This document shows, piece by piece, positions 39,199 through 51,432 of a DNA stretch of 64,000 bases; the first letter of the stretch is position 1, and every line of letters starts with the position of its first letter. This stretch comes from Candidatus Binatia bacterium (GTDB lineage Bacteria > Desulfobacterota > Binatia > UBA9968 > CAXXLF01). The notes under the pieces are model-generated. The model made no database searches and was not told the origin of the DNA. It saw nothing but the letters and a program-made list of their open reading frames with translations. The DNA lies in contig CAXXLF010000002.1 in the NCBI GenBank assembly GCA_963664015.2, forward strand, positions 1,664,001-1,728,000, given 5' to 3'. The position numbers and the translations under genes were made by a program.

Positions 39199-40010
39199 AA
39201 TTCCTTGCCGCCGCGGTCCAGATGCTCCCCAACGCCGACAAGGGGGCAAATCTAAAGGAGGCTGAACGATGGGTCCGCCAGGCCTCATCCAACGGGGCCA
39301 AGCTGGTGGTTCTCCCCGAAGTCTTCAACTTCAGAGGCCCACAAGAGAGCGTATCCGCAGAAGCCATCCCCGGACCCACTTCGAGGTGGATGGCCGACCT
39401 TGCCACTGACCTCGGTATCAATTTCCTAGCCGGTTCCATCCTCGAGACCGTACCCAACGAGAAGAAGGTGTACAACACAAGTCTCTTCTTCAGCCCTGAA
39501 GGCAAGCTCCTGGCCAAGTACCGAAAGATCCACCTCTTCGATGTTCAAGTTAACGATGAGGTCAACGTATTCGAATCTGATACGAGAATACCGGGGGAAG
39601 AAGTGGTCGTCGCCCGGACTGAATTTTGCCCCATGGGTTTGACCATCTGTTATGATCTTCGCTTCCCCGAACTCTTTCGCAACCTGGTGGAACGCGGAGC
39701 CCAAGTTGTATTCCTTCCGGCTGCTTTCACCTCCGTGACCGGAAAGGCGCACTGGGAGCCACTGCTCCGTGCACGAGCCATTGAGAATCAAGTCTACATC
39801 ATTGCTCCAGACCAGTTTGGGCAAGCCCCCCATGCCATCGCCACACACGGCCACAGTATGATCGTCGACCCATGGGGAAGGATCCTGGCAGAGGCCAAAG
39901 ACTCCGCTGGCGTCATTCACGCTGAGATCGACCTCGACTACCTGGCAAAAGTTCGCAAAGAGCTGCCCTCATTATCCCATCGAAAACCGTTCTTACTGCA
40001 AGGCGCATAG
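39195..40010 (+). CDS. Carbon-nitrogen hydrolase (Nit1, deaminated glutathione amidase-like)
   Basis: E-K-C triad: LPEV, YRKIHLFD, ICYDLRFPE. Confidence 0.93.
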   Translation: MKFLAAAVQMLPNADKGANLKEAERWVRQASSNGAKLVVLPEVFNFRGPQESVSAEAIPGPTSRWMADLATDLGINFLAGSILETVPNEKKVYNTSLFFSPEGKLLAKYRKIHLFDVQVNDEVNVFESDTRIPGEEVVVARTEFCPMGLTICYDLRFPELFRNLVERGAQVVFLPAAFTSVTGKAHWEPLLRARAIENQVYIIAPDQFGQAPHAIATHGHSMIVDPWGRILAEAKDSAGVIHAEIDLDYLAKVRKELPSLSHRKPFLLQGA

Positions 40011-40011
40011 A

Positions 40012-40362
40012 GCAAAACGCAAAGCTCAAAGCGTTCGGACTTCAGCTGTCAGCTAAGAAGTGTTGAGTGTTAGATTCTCAGTGATCAGTTCCAAACTCTT
40101 TAACCGCAGGGGGACGCAGACTAAATAATCAGTCCACAATCCGAAACTCTAAACAATATCAAAATCCAAATCACTAAAGGCCTAAACTATTTGATTCTGT
40201 AGTTTTGAAATTAGGATGCCGAGTTTTGAAACTGTTTTTCTCCTAGCGCATAGCGTTCAGCCTGCTTACTGTCTTCCTCTCTTCTCTGGCTGATAGCTGA
40301 GAGCTATCTTGCTGCATACTGCCTACTGTCTTTCTCTTCCCCTCAGCGCTTTGCCCTTTGCT
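40012..40362. repeat. Composite intergenic repeat element, locus 5
   Basis: Nested inverted repeats GCAAAG../..CTTTGC and TCAGCTGTCAGC/GCTGATAGCTGA; AT-rich core is the reverse complement of the locus 3 core; end module 40319-40354. Confidence 0.85.
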
Positions 40363-40444
40363 CTTACCTGGGCCACCCGGACCGGCATTTGGTTGCAGCC
40401 CGCCAGCATGCTAAAGTCCCGCCCCTGAAGGTCGAGGTCTATCT

Positions 40445-41281
40445 ATGGCGGGGTCCGTTACAAAGATTGGAATAATGGGATGCGGCAGCATTGGCTCTAC
40501 CATCGCCAAGGCGGTATTGAAGGATGCCTCTTTGAATGCGAAGTTAATCGGTATCTATGATAAGGATTTAAGCAAGGCCAAGGAGCTGGGAGAGCGGGTG
40601 AAGACCGATCTGACAGTGGCCTCGTCCTTCGAGGAATTCCTGAAACTTCCATTCGGTCTCCTCGTCGAATGCGCCTCCCAGGTCGCGGTGAAAAAATACG
40701 CCCAGCGGGCCCTCGACTCCGGCAAAGAGCTCCTCATCCTGAGTATTGGCGCCCTCATGGACGATGCCTTTCGAAAGAGACTTCAGGAAACTGCGATCCA
40801 TAAAGGCAAGGAGATCCACTGTCCCTCGGGCGCTATCGGCGGGCTGGACCTTCTGCGAGCAGCATCCGAAGGGAAGATCGAATCTGTGAGCCTAAAGACG
40901 AGTAAGCCTCCCGCCGCATTTCTCAACGCGCCTTATTTTCTCAAGCACGGGACCTCGCCTAAGGATATTGGCACCCGGATCACGCTGTTCGAGGGCCCGG
41001 CCAAAGAAGCGGTTAAGCTCTTTCCCGCCAACGTCAACGTGGCCGCGGCACTCAGCATTGCAGGTATCAGTGGGAAGGCAACGCAGGTAGAGATTGTGGC
41101 GGATCCCGATCTTAAGGTTAACGTCCACGAGATCGAGATTCGGGGTGATTTCGGAGTCGCGACCATCACGGTTAAAAACACACCGCATCCGGACAATCCC
41201 GGAACCAGCAGCCTTGCCGCTTTCTCAGCTATCGAGACCCTGCGCCGGGCTTGCAGCCCAACGGGTCGTGTTTCATCCTGA
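40445..41281 (+). CDS. nadX: L-aspartate dehydrogenase
   Basis: GCGSIG, VECAS, SGAIGGLD, FPANVNVA, NVHEI and NPGTS motifs. Confidence 0.93.
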   Translation: MAGSVTKIGIMGCGSIGSTIAKAVLKDASLNAKLIGIYDKDLSKAKELGERVKTDLTVASSFEEFLKLPFGLLVECASQVAVKKYAQRALDSGKELLILSIGALMDDAFRKRLQETAIHKGKEIHCPSGAIGGLDLLRAASEGKIESVSLKTSKPPAAFLNAPYFLKHGTSPKDIGTRITLFEGPAKEAVKLFPANVNVAAALSIAGISGKATQVEIVADPDLKVNVHEIEIRGDFGVATITVKNTPHPDNPGTSSLAAFSAIETLRRACSPTGRVSS

Positions 41282-41355
41282 CGACTTGAGAACTCGATTT
41301 CGGCATTTGGCCGCCACGAAACAGCTTACCACCCTCCGAGCAACCGGACCGCCGT

Positions 41356-42465
41356 CTATACGATGCTCAGCATTCTCTCAATGGGGACACGGGCTCGGGC
41401 GGCTAGCTCTGCATCCACGGTAATTTCATGGATTCCGTCACGCAGCGACTCGTAGACCTTGCGGAGGGTATTTTGCTTCATATAGGAACAAACCGCGGTG
41501 GGACTTGCCGCGATCAGAGTCTTTTCCGGTGCCGCTTTGGACAGGGGGTACAGGTTCCCCACCTCTGTGGCCACGATGATGACCTGCTGCGGTGTCTCGC
41601 GCACAAATTCCATCATCCCCTGAGTCGAACGGAACTCCATCATTCCGGCGGCCACGGAACCTTGGCTGACCTGGCGCATGCAAGCACTTGTGCAACCGCA
41701 TTCGGGGTGGATCACCGCAGCCGCGCCGGGATAAAGCTGTTGTTGTCTTTGCACATGGTAGGGACGTATTCGATCGTGAACGTGACAGGCGCCCATCATT
41801 AGCCAGAGCCGGTCTAAAGACGCGCCCTGTTCTTCCAGGAGCCGCGCCGCATAGTATCCCAGGTAAACGTCCGGAAGAAAAAGGATAGGTTGGTCAGAGT
41901 GGGAATGCTCCAGGACGTGCAGGATGACTTTAGCGGCATTCGCCGAAGCGCAACAATAATCGCTCTCTGCTTTGACCTCCAGATAAGTGTTTACATAACT
42001 CACGACCACACCCCTGGGGTGCTCGCGCTTCCAAGCCCTTATCTTGTCCACGTCCGCATGGGCTGCTAGCGAGCAAAGGGCGCCAAGATCCGGGGCCAGA
42101 ACCCGCTGGTGGGGTTTCTTCATGATGGCCAGGATCTGGTTCATGAAAAGCACCGCTGCCTCCAACAGAATATCGGCATCCGATTGGGCCCCCAACTGGG
42201 CAAGGTAGAGCGAATCACCCACAGCGTCAGCCGCATCCTGGACATCCCGGGGCATATAGTTATGGGCCAGGATGAAGGCGTTGCGCTCTTTTTTCAGCCG
42301 GCGGATTTCCTCGTGCAGCCACTGCCGTTCCCCATCGGAAATGTTGTCGGGATTCGCATCCGCTGGAACCTCGGGAACTTCGATGGGGGGAGCCAGGTCC
42401 ACCGAGTCGATAGAAGCGATAGCGTCACGTGCCGGAAGAATGTCTCCAGGAGCCACTTCATTCAT
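41356..42465 (-). CDS. nadA: Quinolinate synthase
   Basis: ILAHNY, GDSL, SYVNT, HPEC and three Fe-S cysteines (ALCSL, ACHVH, VCSYMK); AAGGAG RBS. Confidence 0.93.
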   Translation of the reverse strand: MNEVAPGDILPARDAIASIDSVDLAPPIEVPEVPADANPDNISDGERQWLHEEIRRLKKERNAFILAHNYMPRDVQDAADAVGDSLYLAQLGAQSDADILLEAAVLFMNQILAIMKKPHQRVLAPDLGALCSLAAHADVDKIRAWKREHPRGVVVSYVNTYLEVKAESDYCCASANAAKVILHVLEHSHSDQPILFLPDVYLGYYAARLLEEQGASLDRLWLMMGACHVHDRIRPYHVQRQQQLYPGAAAVIHPECGCTSACMRQVSQGSVAAGMMEFRSTQGMMEFVRETPQQVIIVATEVGNLYPLSKAAPEKTLIAASPTAVCSYMKQNTLRKVYESLRDGIHEITVDAELAARARVPIERMLSIV

Positions 42466-42871
42466 GCCCTTCTCCTTGTAACTGTTAAGGAACGTCGCCG
42501 TCAAGTTGGAACACTTTGACTCTTCGAGACCCTCAGGGTCATGGTAAAGAAGATCGAACCATGACCGTCTATCCTATTCCGCCTATTCCACGGGATGAAC
42601 GTTCCGACCTCCATGGAAGGTAACCCCCAAGGCCAAGTGTCCGCAGCAAGGGATTCACCTCCAGGGAGTAGGGATCTTACTTAGCGTAAATGTAACACAA
42701 ACTCAACCGGTCCTCCAGCCTGACCGGCCCGCCTTTAAACCGTTCCATGCCATAAGCCCATGCCCAATAATCGAGCGCCGAGAGATTAAGACAGAGGCAG
42801 TTGACTGCAACTTTCTCCCCTCCTGGGGAAAAAACCGTGAGAATTCAGGGCAACGAGAGACCCGAGGGTGG

Positions 42872-42886
42872 TGGTACGAACCTTAC
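42872..42886 (+). promoter_or_regulatory. Degenerate sigma54-type promoter upstream of amt
   Basis: TGGTACG-AACC-TTAC vs consensus TGGCACG-N4-TTGC (-12 GC changed to AC). Confidence 0.4.
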
Positions 42887-42998
42887 GAAACAGGTTTCCC
42901 AGGTTCAACACCCAGCGTCCTTGTTCCCAATCGCCATGCCTAACGCGATGAGGGTATACAATTCAACAGTCTGAGCAAAATACTTTGAGGAGGATCAA

Positions 42999-44540
42999 AT
43001 GGAGAACATTGATCGGCGAAGAGTTAACCTCTGGTTACTCCTATTACTGGTGATGGAAATATTTTGGGTGCCCCCGGCTATTGCCCAAGACGCGCCCGTA
43101 CAGGCAGCAGGGGCCAAAGTAGAAAGAAGAGGTTAAAAACCTCGTTCCGTTTACCCAGGAGCGGTTGGACCAACTGGGCAGCATCAAGATCGCTCTGGAC
43201 ACTACCTGGACCCTCATCGCTGCCTTTCTGGTCATGTTCATGGGTCTAGGGTTTGCCATGCTCAAGACCGGCTTCTGCCGCTCTAAAGATACGGTCAATA
43301 TCCTGTCCAAGAACTTTATCGTCTTTACTCTGACCTCCCTGTCCTTTCTTCTAGTGGGCTGGGGGTTCATGTTCGGAGATGGAAACGGGTTGTTTGGTAC
43401 CAGCGGCTTCTGGATGCTCAGTGGCGCCGATAATAGCCCCGCGACCGGAGACGCTTCCACGGGCGTATACAAGGCCATCTCCTGGACCGGGGTCCCGCTG
43501 GAGGTGAAGTTCCTGTTTCAGGTCGTCTTCGCCGCCACCGCTGCTACCATTGTGTCGGGAGCAGTCGCAGAGAGAATTAAGTTCAGTGCCTTCTTCCTAT
43601 TCTCCATCCTCATGGGTGCTCTTCTCTATCCCCTCACGGGTCACTGGATCTGGGGTGGAGGCTGGCCGGGTAGCCTCGGCATGTGGGATTTGCTGGATCG
43701 ACAGTCGTTCATTCGGTAGGCGGCTGGGCGGCACTGGCGGGCGCTATCATCATAGGGCCTCGAATCGGCAAGAATACAAAGGATGGCAAGGTGACCCCCA
43801 TCACCGGTCACAGCATGACCTCAGCTGCCATTGGAGTCTTTGTCCTATGGTTCGGATTCGATGCGGGGAGTACCATGGCTGCGGATTGGGGAGCGATCGG
43901 CCATATCGCCCTGACTACCAACACGGCAGCGGCCGCCGGGGCCGTCGCCGCAACTCTTTTCGCCTGGATCCTGTTCGGTAAACCGGACTTGACCATGCCC
44001 CTTAACGGCGGTGGCGCGGGCCTCGTAGTGATCACAGCTCCATGCGTGTTTGTCAGTGTCGGTAGTGCAATCATAATCGGTTTAGTCGGTGGAATTTTGG
44101 TAGTTGCCTCGGTTCTTTTCTTCGACCGCATTCGAATCGACGATCCCGTCGGGGCCATTTCCGCCCACCTCACCTGGGGAATATGGGGCACCCTGGCCGT
44201 GGGACTCTTTGCTCAGTAGCAATTGGCCCTGGGCACAACGGGGAATGGCCTCCTCTTTGGCGGAGGCTTCGAGCTCTTCATGGCACAACTGGCTGGTGTT
44301 GTAACCGTGGGCGCCTTTGTCTTTTGGGCCTCGTTTCTCGGTTGGAAGTTGCTCAAGGCGATTATTGGCATTCGGGTTTCTGCGGAAGAAGAGTTTGCCG
44401 GTCTCGACATTGGCGAGCACGGGATCATGGCCTATCCAGAATTTCAGGCACCTGGGGATAGCTATCCGGCGGTGAATCCGGCTAGGGAAAGCGTTTCCCT
44501 GACGCAGGCCAGTCTTGCTACCAAGCGCAAGCAGTCCTGA
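42999..44540 (+). pseudogene. amt: Ammonium transporter Amt, disrupted
   Basis: [46 protein letters not shown] and GLDIGEHG motifs; frameshifts near 43125 and 43690, TAG at 44217. Confidence 0.92.
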
Positions 44541-44634
44541 GCTTCACAAGGGACAGAGTATGCTGTTGTTTTTATTGACAAATCGCAGCTTGCTTGTCAC
44601 TTAAGTTTATTGTCTATATAGGGAGGGATTTAAA

Positions 44635-45870
44635 ATGAAAAAGCAGAGCGCAGGGGCAATGTTGTTTTTCCTGGCCTTTTCCTGGGCGGGTTGCAACTCT
44701 GTCTCGGCCCAGGGATCCGGGGAGCTCGATCCAGGGTGGTCGAGCCTGGACAGCACCGTAGGCAAACTGGATAGCGCCATTCAGAAAGGGAAGTCTACGG
44801 TAGAGGAATACACCTTCGGCGTAAAGATCAGCGATTTTCTCGACACGAGCTATACCGTCAGTGGGAACCACCCGGGCTCCGGCAGCAGCAACAACATCAG
44901 CCAAAGGGTCTTCGATATAGATAACAATCAGATTGTTTTCAACGATTTCAACCTGATACTGGAAAGACCCGAGCCGGAGAAGGGGTGAGGTATTGGAGCC
45001 AAGCTGGTCGGTGATTTTGGTCGTACGGCGGAATTGTTGAGGGAGGCAACGCTCTGGGGTAGTCAAACAACATCGGAACCCTCGGCGGAGATCAGGGAGG
45101 CCTTTTTGACCACTACGATTCCCGTCGGAAACGGAATAGGCATTCAGGGTGGACTGTTTGTGACAGCCCTGGGCACCGAGATTATTCCCAACCCGGGCGC
45201 CTATAACGATAATATCTCACGCTCTTATCTCTTTGGGTTCTCTATCCCATTTCGTCACGTGGGAATGCTTATCAGCTACCCCATCCACGAGATGGTCAGC
45301 ATCTCCGCTGGTCCCGTCACCGGCTGGCACAATCCGAGAGACAACAACAGTCAACCCTCGTTTTTCAGCGCCATGACCCTGATGCCGTTCAAGAACTTTT
45401 CCTTAGTCAGTAGTTTTATCATCGGCCCAGATGTGCACCACAACAACAGCGACAAGAGGCTAGCCTGGGCCAATGTGGCCAGCTACGCCCCTCTGGATGA
45501 CATGACGCTTACCGTCGAATACACCTATGGGCGTGAAGAAAACGTCACCGCCAGCAGCCGCAATGCCACATGGCAAGGCGTGGCCGGGTATGTATCTTAC
45601 AATTGGACTGAGCGGTTCAACACGGCTGTACGTGGCGAGTACTTTCGTGACGCCGATGGGGCTCGATTCGGCGGCAATCTTCGAGGCACCCAAATGGACG
45701 TCAGCATAGGGAAGTTTACTCTGACCGGGGCCTTTAAATTCACGGAGATGCTGCTCGGCCGGGTGGAACTGCGTCAAGACCTGGCAAATACGCAGATGTT
45801 CCAAAAGGGCAATACGGGATCTGATAAGAACCAAACCACTTTCGCCATGTAAGCCATTGACACCTTCTAA
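44635..45870 (+). pseudogene. Outer-membrane beta-barrel porin (OmpL-like porin-2 type), disrupted
   Basis: Single frame with in-frame TGA 44986 (Trp position) and TAA 45850; NISRSYLFGFSIPF and RGEYFRD motifs; C-terminal Phe. Confidence 0.75.
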
Positions 45871-45882
45871 GTAACCTATTCT

Positions 45883-45921
45883 TTCCTCCCTCCTTGCTCC
45901 ACGGAAGCGAAGGGGGAGGGA
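45883..45921 (+). terminator. Hairpin after amt-porin operon
   Basis: TTCCTCCCTCCTT..AAGGGGGAGGGA imperfect stem. Confidence 0.45.
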
Positions 45922-46078
45922 TTCCCCTCTAACTCTCAGAACTCTTCTGCTGTTTATTTCTCCGGCGAAAGTTCATAATACTAACCATTAGGGGTGACTC
46001 GGCCACAACCTCAGTGGGACAGTGGTGCGCAAATCCCCGGTTCGAGCTGTACCGGAACTGGAGCCATAAGGAACCATA

Positions 46079-46960
46079 TTGGCACATGAGGTAACCAATA
46101 GACGCGGTCGCCCGTTGGCCCTCGCCCTCGCCATTACTTCGGTCTACTTTGTAGTCGAGGTCGTCGGGGGGATCAAGACCAACAGTCTGGCCCTCCTCTC
46201 AGACGCGGGGCACATGTTTTCCGATATCGCGGCCCTGGGGTTGAGTTGGTTTGCCTTTCAGATTTCGAGACGTCCGGCCACTTCCAAGAGGACCTACGGT
46301 TACTATCGCGTAGAGATTCTGGCATCGCTAGCCAACGGTCTTCTCCTCTGGCTCATGGTCGGGATCATTTTCCATGCGGCCGTCCAGCGCTTTTTCAACC
46401 CGCCGGAGGTCCAAAGCTTTGGGATGATCGTAATCGCCATCATGGGTCTAGCGGTCAACATCGCCGCCGGCTTTATCCTCTATCGGTCACACCATGACAA
46501 TTTGAACGTCCACGGGGCCTTTATCCACGTCATCGGGGATGCCCTGGGCTCCGCAGGCACCATCGTTGCCGGTTTGATTATGCTCCAGACCGGTTGGTAC
46601 CTGGCCGATCCGGTCGTGAGTTTTTTCATTGGCGGTCTGATCCTCTACACATCATGGGGGCTCATCAAGGAATCGGCGGACATACTAATGCAATCGGTCC
46701 CCCGAGGCATTAGCCTGGAAGAAGTGCAACGAATCCTTGAAGGGGTTGAGGGCGTCGTTAAGATCCATGACCTGCACGTGTGGGCCGTGACCTCCGGGGT
46801 CTTTACCCTGAGCGCTCATGCCGTCATCAATGGCCACAGGGATATTCATCAGGTATTGAGTGAAATGGAGCGGATTCTGGACAGTAGATATTCTATCCAG
46901 CACACGACCATCCAGTTGGAGACCCGCAGCCGGGAAGGGGAGGAGTTCTCCGCCTTCTAA
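46079..46960 (+). CDS. czcD: Cation diffusion facilitator (CzcD/ZitB)
   Basis: SLALLSDAGHMFSD, TYGYYRVEIL, HVIGDALGS, HDLHVW and HTTIQLE motifs. Confidence 0.95.
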   Translation: MAHEVTNRRGRPLALALAITSVYFVVEVVGGIKTNSLALLSDAGHMFSDIAALGLSWFAFQISRRPATSKRTYGYYRVEILASLANGLLLWLMVGIIFHAAVQRFFNPPEVQSFGMIVIAIMGLAVNIAAGFILYRSHHDNLNVHGAFIHVIGDALGSAGTIVAGLIMLQTGWYLADPVVSFFIGGLILYTSWGLIKESADILMQSVPRGISLEEVQRILEGVEGVVKIHDLHVWAVTSGVFTLSAHAVINGHRDIHQVLSEMERILDSRYSIQHTTIQLETRSREGEEFSAF

Positions 46961-47139
46961 CTCCATTCGGTAGCCCTTTTCCGGCTGTTTGGCATCCCCC
47001 GTTTATCCTGCATCTATCCGTCAACTCCCTAACAGAACTAAATTTTCTCCCCCCCTTGACGTTTAAAAAACCCGTCTTAAATTCCTACCAAGATTTATAA
47101 CGACCCCAATTTGCATAACATTGTTTTACAGGAGATATT

Positions 47140-47430
47140 ATGGCTACATCTGTTCGTCCTTTACACGACCGAGTCATTGTTAAAAGGACTGAAGAAGAGG
47201 AGAAATCAAAAGGCGGTATCATCATTCCCGATACTGCCAAGGAAAAACCCCAAGAAGGGCAAGTGGTTTCCGTCGGCGCGGGAAGACATGAAGACGGCAA
47301 GGTTATTGCCCTTGACGTAAAGGCTGGGGACCGGATCCTGTTTAGTAAATATGCCGGCACAGAGATCAAGCTCGATGATGTGGAACACCTCATCATGCGG
47401 GAAGACGATATTCTTGGAATCATCGAGTAA
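47140..47430 (+). CDS. groES: Co-chaperonin GroES
   Basis: [20 protein letters not shown] and KYAGTE motifs. Confidence 0.98.
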   Translation: MATSVRPLHDRVIVKRTEEEEKSKGGIIIPDTAKEKPQEGQVVSVGAGRHEDGKVIALDVKAGDRILFSKYAGTEIKLDDVEHLIMREDDILGIIE

Positions 47431-49068
<1,638 letters not shown>

Positions 49069-49090
49069 AGGGGAGTTTTCCTCAAGTTTG

Positions 49091-49135
49091 ATGGGGCGAA
49101 GAGAACGGCCCCCACAGGAGTTCTCTTCGCCCCAT
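49091..49135 (+). terminator. Strong hairpin after groEL
   Basis: 16-bp perfect stem ATGGGGCGAAGAGAAC/GTTCTCTTCGCCCCAT; no clear U-tract. Confidence 0.6.
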
Positions 49136-49283
49136 ATCCCTATTCTATAGGGCGACGGGCCGCCTTGACTTTAAGCCGTTTTTTCACTAAAAAATTTTCA
49201 CTTTCGCCAGCTAGAGTCTTGGCCGGACCTCTCAAACAATGGGGGTCGGATTTTTTTACACAGGCCCGTTTCCCGTGTCATGA

Positions 49284-49649
49284 ATGCCCATAATGACCAA
49301 CCCATATTTCCCTGTACTGATTATTTTTTTGTTCGCAGGGATAATTGTAGTTGCCCTTCTCCTGATCTCTCAGATCCTAGGTCCTAAAAGCCTGAGCCTC
49401 GTTAAAGGGGAGCCTTTTGAATCGGGGAATCCGCCCAGGGGGGACGCGCGCATCCGCTTCTCCGTGAAGTTCTACCTTGTGGCCATGCTCTTTCTTATTT
49501 TCGATATCGAAGTTGTCTTCCTCTATCCCTGGGCCATTCACTTCCGTAGTCTCGGGGTCTTCGGACTCGTGGAGATGGGTATCTTCTTGTTCATTGTAGT
49601 TATCGGTTTCATCTATGCCTGGAAGAAGGGCGCCCTGGATTGGAGTTAG
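49284..49649 (+). CDS. nuoA: Complex I subunit A (cluster 2)
   Basis: PFESG, FSVKFY..FDIE and WKKGALDW motifs. Confidence 0.95.
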   Translation: MPIMTNPYFPVLIIFLFAGIIVVALLLISQILGPKSLSLVKGEPFESGNPPRGDARIRFSVKFYLVAMLFLIFDIEVVFLYPWAIHFRSLGVFGLVEMGIFLFIVVIGFIYAWKKGALDWS

Positions 49650-49654
49650 AGACC

Positions 49655-50209
49655 ATGGCCGAAGACAAGTTCAACCTCCAAACCAAGCTTGAGGGGAAGG
49701 TGTTGGAAGTGGAGTCCTTTCAGGGCGACCATGTCGTCACCCTATCTTTGGACGGCCTGCTCGAATCCTTCCGCATGCTTAAAGAAGATCCGGAGCTTGC
49801 CTTTGATTTTTTGATGGACCTGACCGTAGTGGATTACCTCGGTTCGAAGAGCCCTCGTTTTCAAGTCGTCTACCAACTCTATTCCCTTGGACTCAACCAC
49901 CGTTTGCGGGTTAAGGTCCCCGTACCGGAAGAAAACCCACAGGTGACCTCTCTCACCCCCTTGTGGAAAACGGCCAACTGGTTGGAACGAGAGGCCTGGG
50001 ATATGTTCGGTATTCGATTCGTCGGACATCCCGATTTGAGAAGAATCTTGCTCTACGAGGAATTCCAAGGGTATCCGTTACGCAAGGACTATCCCGTCAA
50101 CCAGTGCCAGCCCCTGGTACCCGAGCGGGAAGTCGACGGGACCTTCGTCGATCACGCTTCAAAAAATAGGCTCATGCAATTGCAGCAGAAGTTCGGCAAC
50201 AAGACTTGA
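49655..50209 (+). CDS. nuoC: Complex I subunit C (cluster 2)
   Basis: ANWLEREAWDMFGI..GHPDLRRI..YPLRKDY. Confidence 0.95.
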   Translation: MAEDKFNLQTKLEGKVLEVESFQGDHVVTLSLDGLLESFRMLKEDPELAFDFLMDLTVVDYLGSKSPRFQVVYQLYSLGLNHRLRVKVPVPEENPQVTSLTPLWKTANWLEREAWDMFGIRFVGHPDLRRILLYEEFQGYPLRKDYPVNQCQPLVPEREVDGTFVDHASKNRLMQLQQKFGNKT

Positions 50210-50212
50210 TCG

Positions 50213-51427
50213 TTGGACCAACGGGACGTTGCAGCAATGAAAGCAAATACTTCCGACATCCTGACCGAATCCATGGATCTTCAGATGGGTCCTTCCCACC
50301 CAGCCACCCATGGAACCATCAAGTTCAACCTCAGGCTGGAGGGGGAAAAAATCATAAGTTGCGATACCGAAGTCGGTTATCTGCACCGTGGTTTTGCCAA
50401 AAGCTGCGAGCAGGCCACCTGGACCCAGGTTTTCCCCTACACGGACCGCTTGAACTATGCCTCACCATTCATCAATAACGTGGGCTACGCCCTGGCGGTG
50501 GAAAAACTGATTGGCGTCAAAACCCCACCCCGCTGCCAGTTTATCCGGCTGATCATGAGCGAACTCTCACGCATCCATGACCACCTGACCTGCTGCGCCA
50601 TGGCATCTTCTGAATTGGGAGCCATTACCGCAGGGTTCTATATGATGGAAGCCCGCGAGCACATCATGAGAATCATCGAAGACGTCACTGGTGCCCGACT
50701 GACCGTTACATACGCCCGCATCGGAGGAGTGAAGCACGATTTACCCAGCAACTTTACCGAGCGCGTCACCCAGGCTTTCCAGTTCACCCGCCGGATACTG
50801 ACCGACTGCGATCATTTAATCTCCCGCAACCGGATCTTCATCGATCGTATGTCAGGGATCGGAATTATCTCAAAGGAAGACGCTATCTCCTATGGTTTGA
50901 CGGGCCCTATCCTCCGCTCCACCGGAGTATCGTACGATGTCCGAAAGGCCCACCCGTACCTGGTTTATGACCAAGTTGATTTTGAAGTTCCTCTGGGAAC
51001 CAGAGGGGATAATTACGATCGCTTTGTCTGCCGTATCCAGGAAATCGAACAGAGCATGAGCATGGTCGAACAGGCGCTCAAGAACATACCCATGGGCGCC
51101 ATATCTGTCGACGATGCCCGTCTCGTCTTGCCACCGAAGGAGAAGGTTTACAACAGCATCGAAGGGCTCATGCATCACTTCAAGATCATCATGGAGGGCA
51201 TTCATGTTCCACCGGGCGAGGTCTACCAAGCCGTGGAAGGGGGCAACGGCGAACTCGGTTTCTTTATCGTAAGCGACGGGGGAGGAAAACCTTATCGAAT
51301 TCGGGTGCGCCCACCCTGCTTCATGGCCATGTCGGCCTTCCAGGAGATGATTCAGGGACACATGCTAGCGGATATCATTCCGACGTTCGGCATGATTAAT
51401 ATGATCGGTGGCGAGTGCGACAGATAG
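50213..51427 (+). CDS. nuoD: Complex I subunit D (cluster 2)
   Basis: GPSHPATHG, GYLHRG and DRLNY motifs; C-terminal GECDR. Confidence 0.96.
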   Translation: MDQRDVAAMKANTSDILTESMDLQMGPSHPATHGTIKFNLRLEGEKIISCDTEVGYLHRGFAKSCEQATWTQVFPYTDRLNYASPFINNVGYALAVEKLIGVKTPPRCQFIRLIMSELSRIHDHLTCCAMASSELGAITAGFYMMEAREHIMRIIEDVTGARLTVTYARIGGVKHDLPSNFTERVTQAFQFTRRILTDCDHLISRNRIFIDRMSGIGIISKEDAISYGLTGPILRSTGVSYDVRKAHPYLVYDQVDFEVPLGTRGDNYDRFVCRIQEIEQSMSMVEQALKNIPMGAISVDDARLVLPPKEKVYNSIEGLMHHFKIIMEGIHVPPGEVYQAVEGGNGELGFFIVSDGGGKPYRIRVRPPCFMAMSAFQEMIQGHMLADIIPTFGMINMIGGECDR

Positions 51428-51432
51428 ATATG

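Noticed and set aside
42999-45870. Stop-codon recoding (TGA=Trp or Sec, TAG readthrough) in amt and the porin
   Set aside because: All three stop types plus frameshifts occur, and TGA and TAG terminate normal genes elsewhere in the window; pseudogenisation is simpler.
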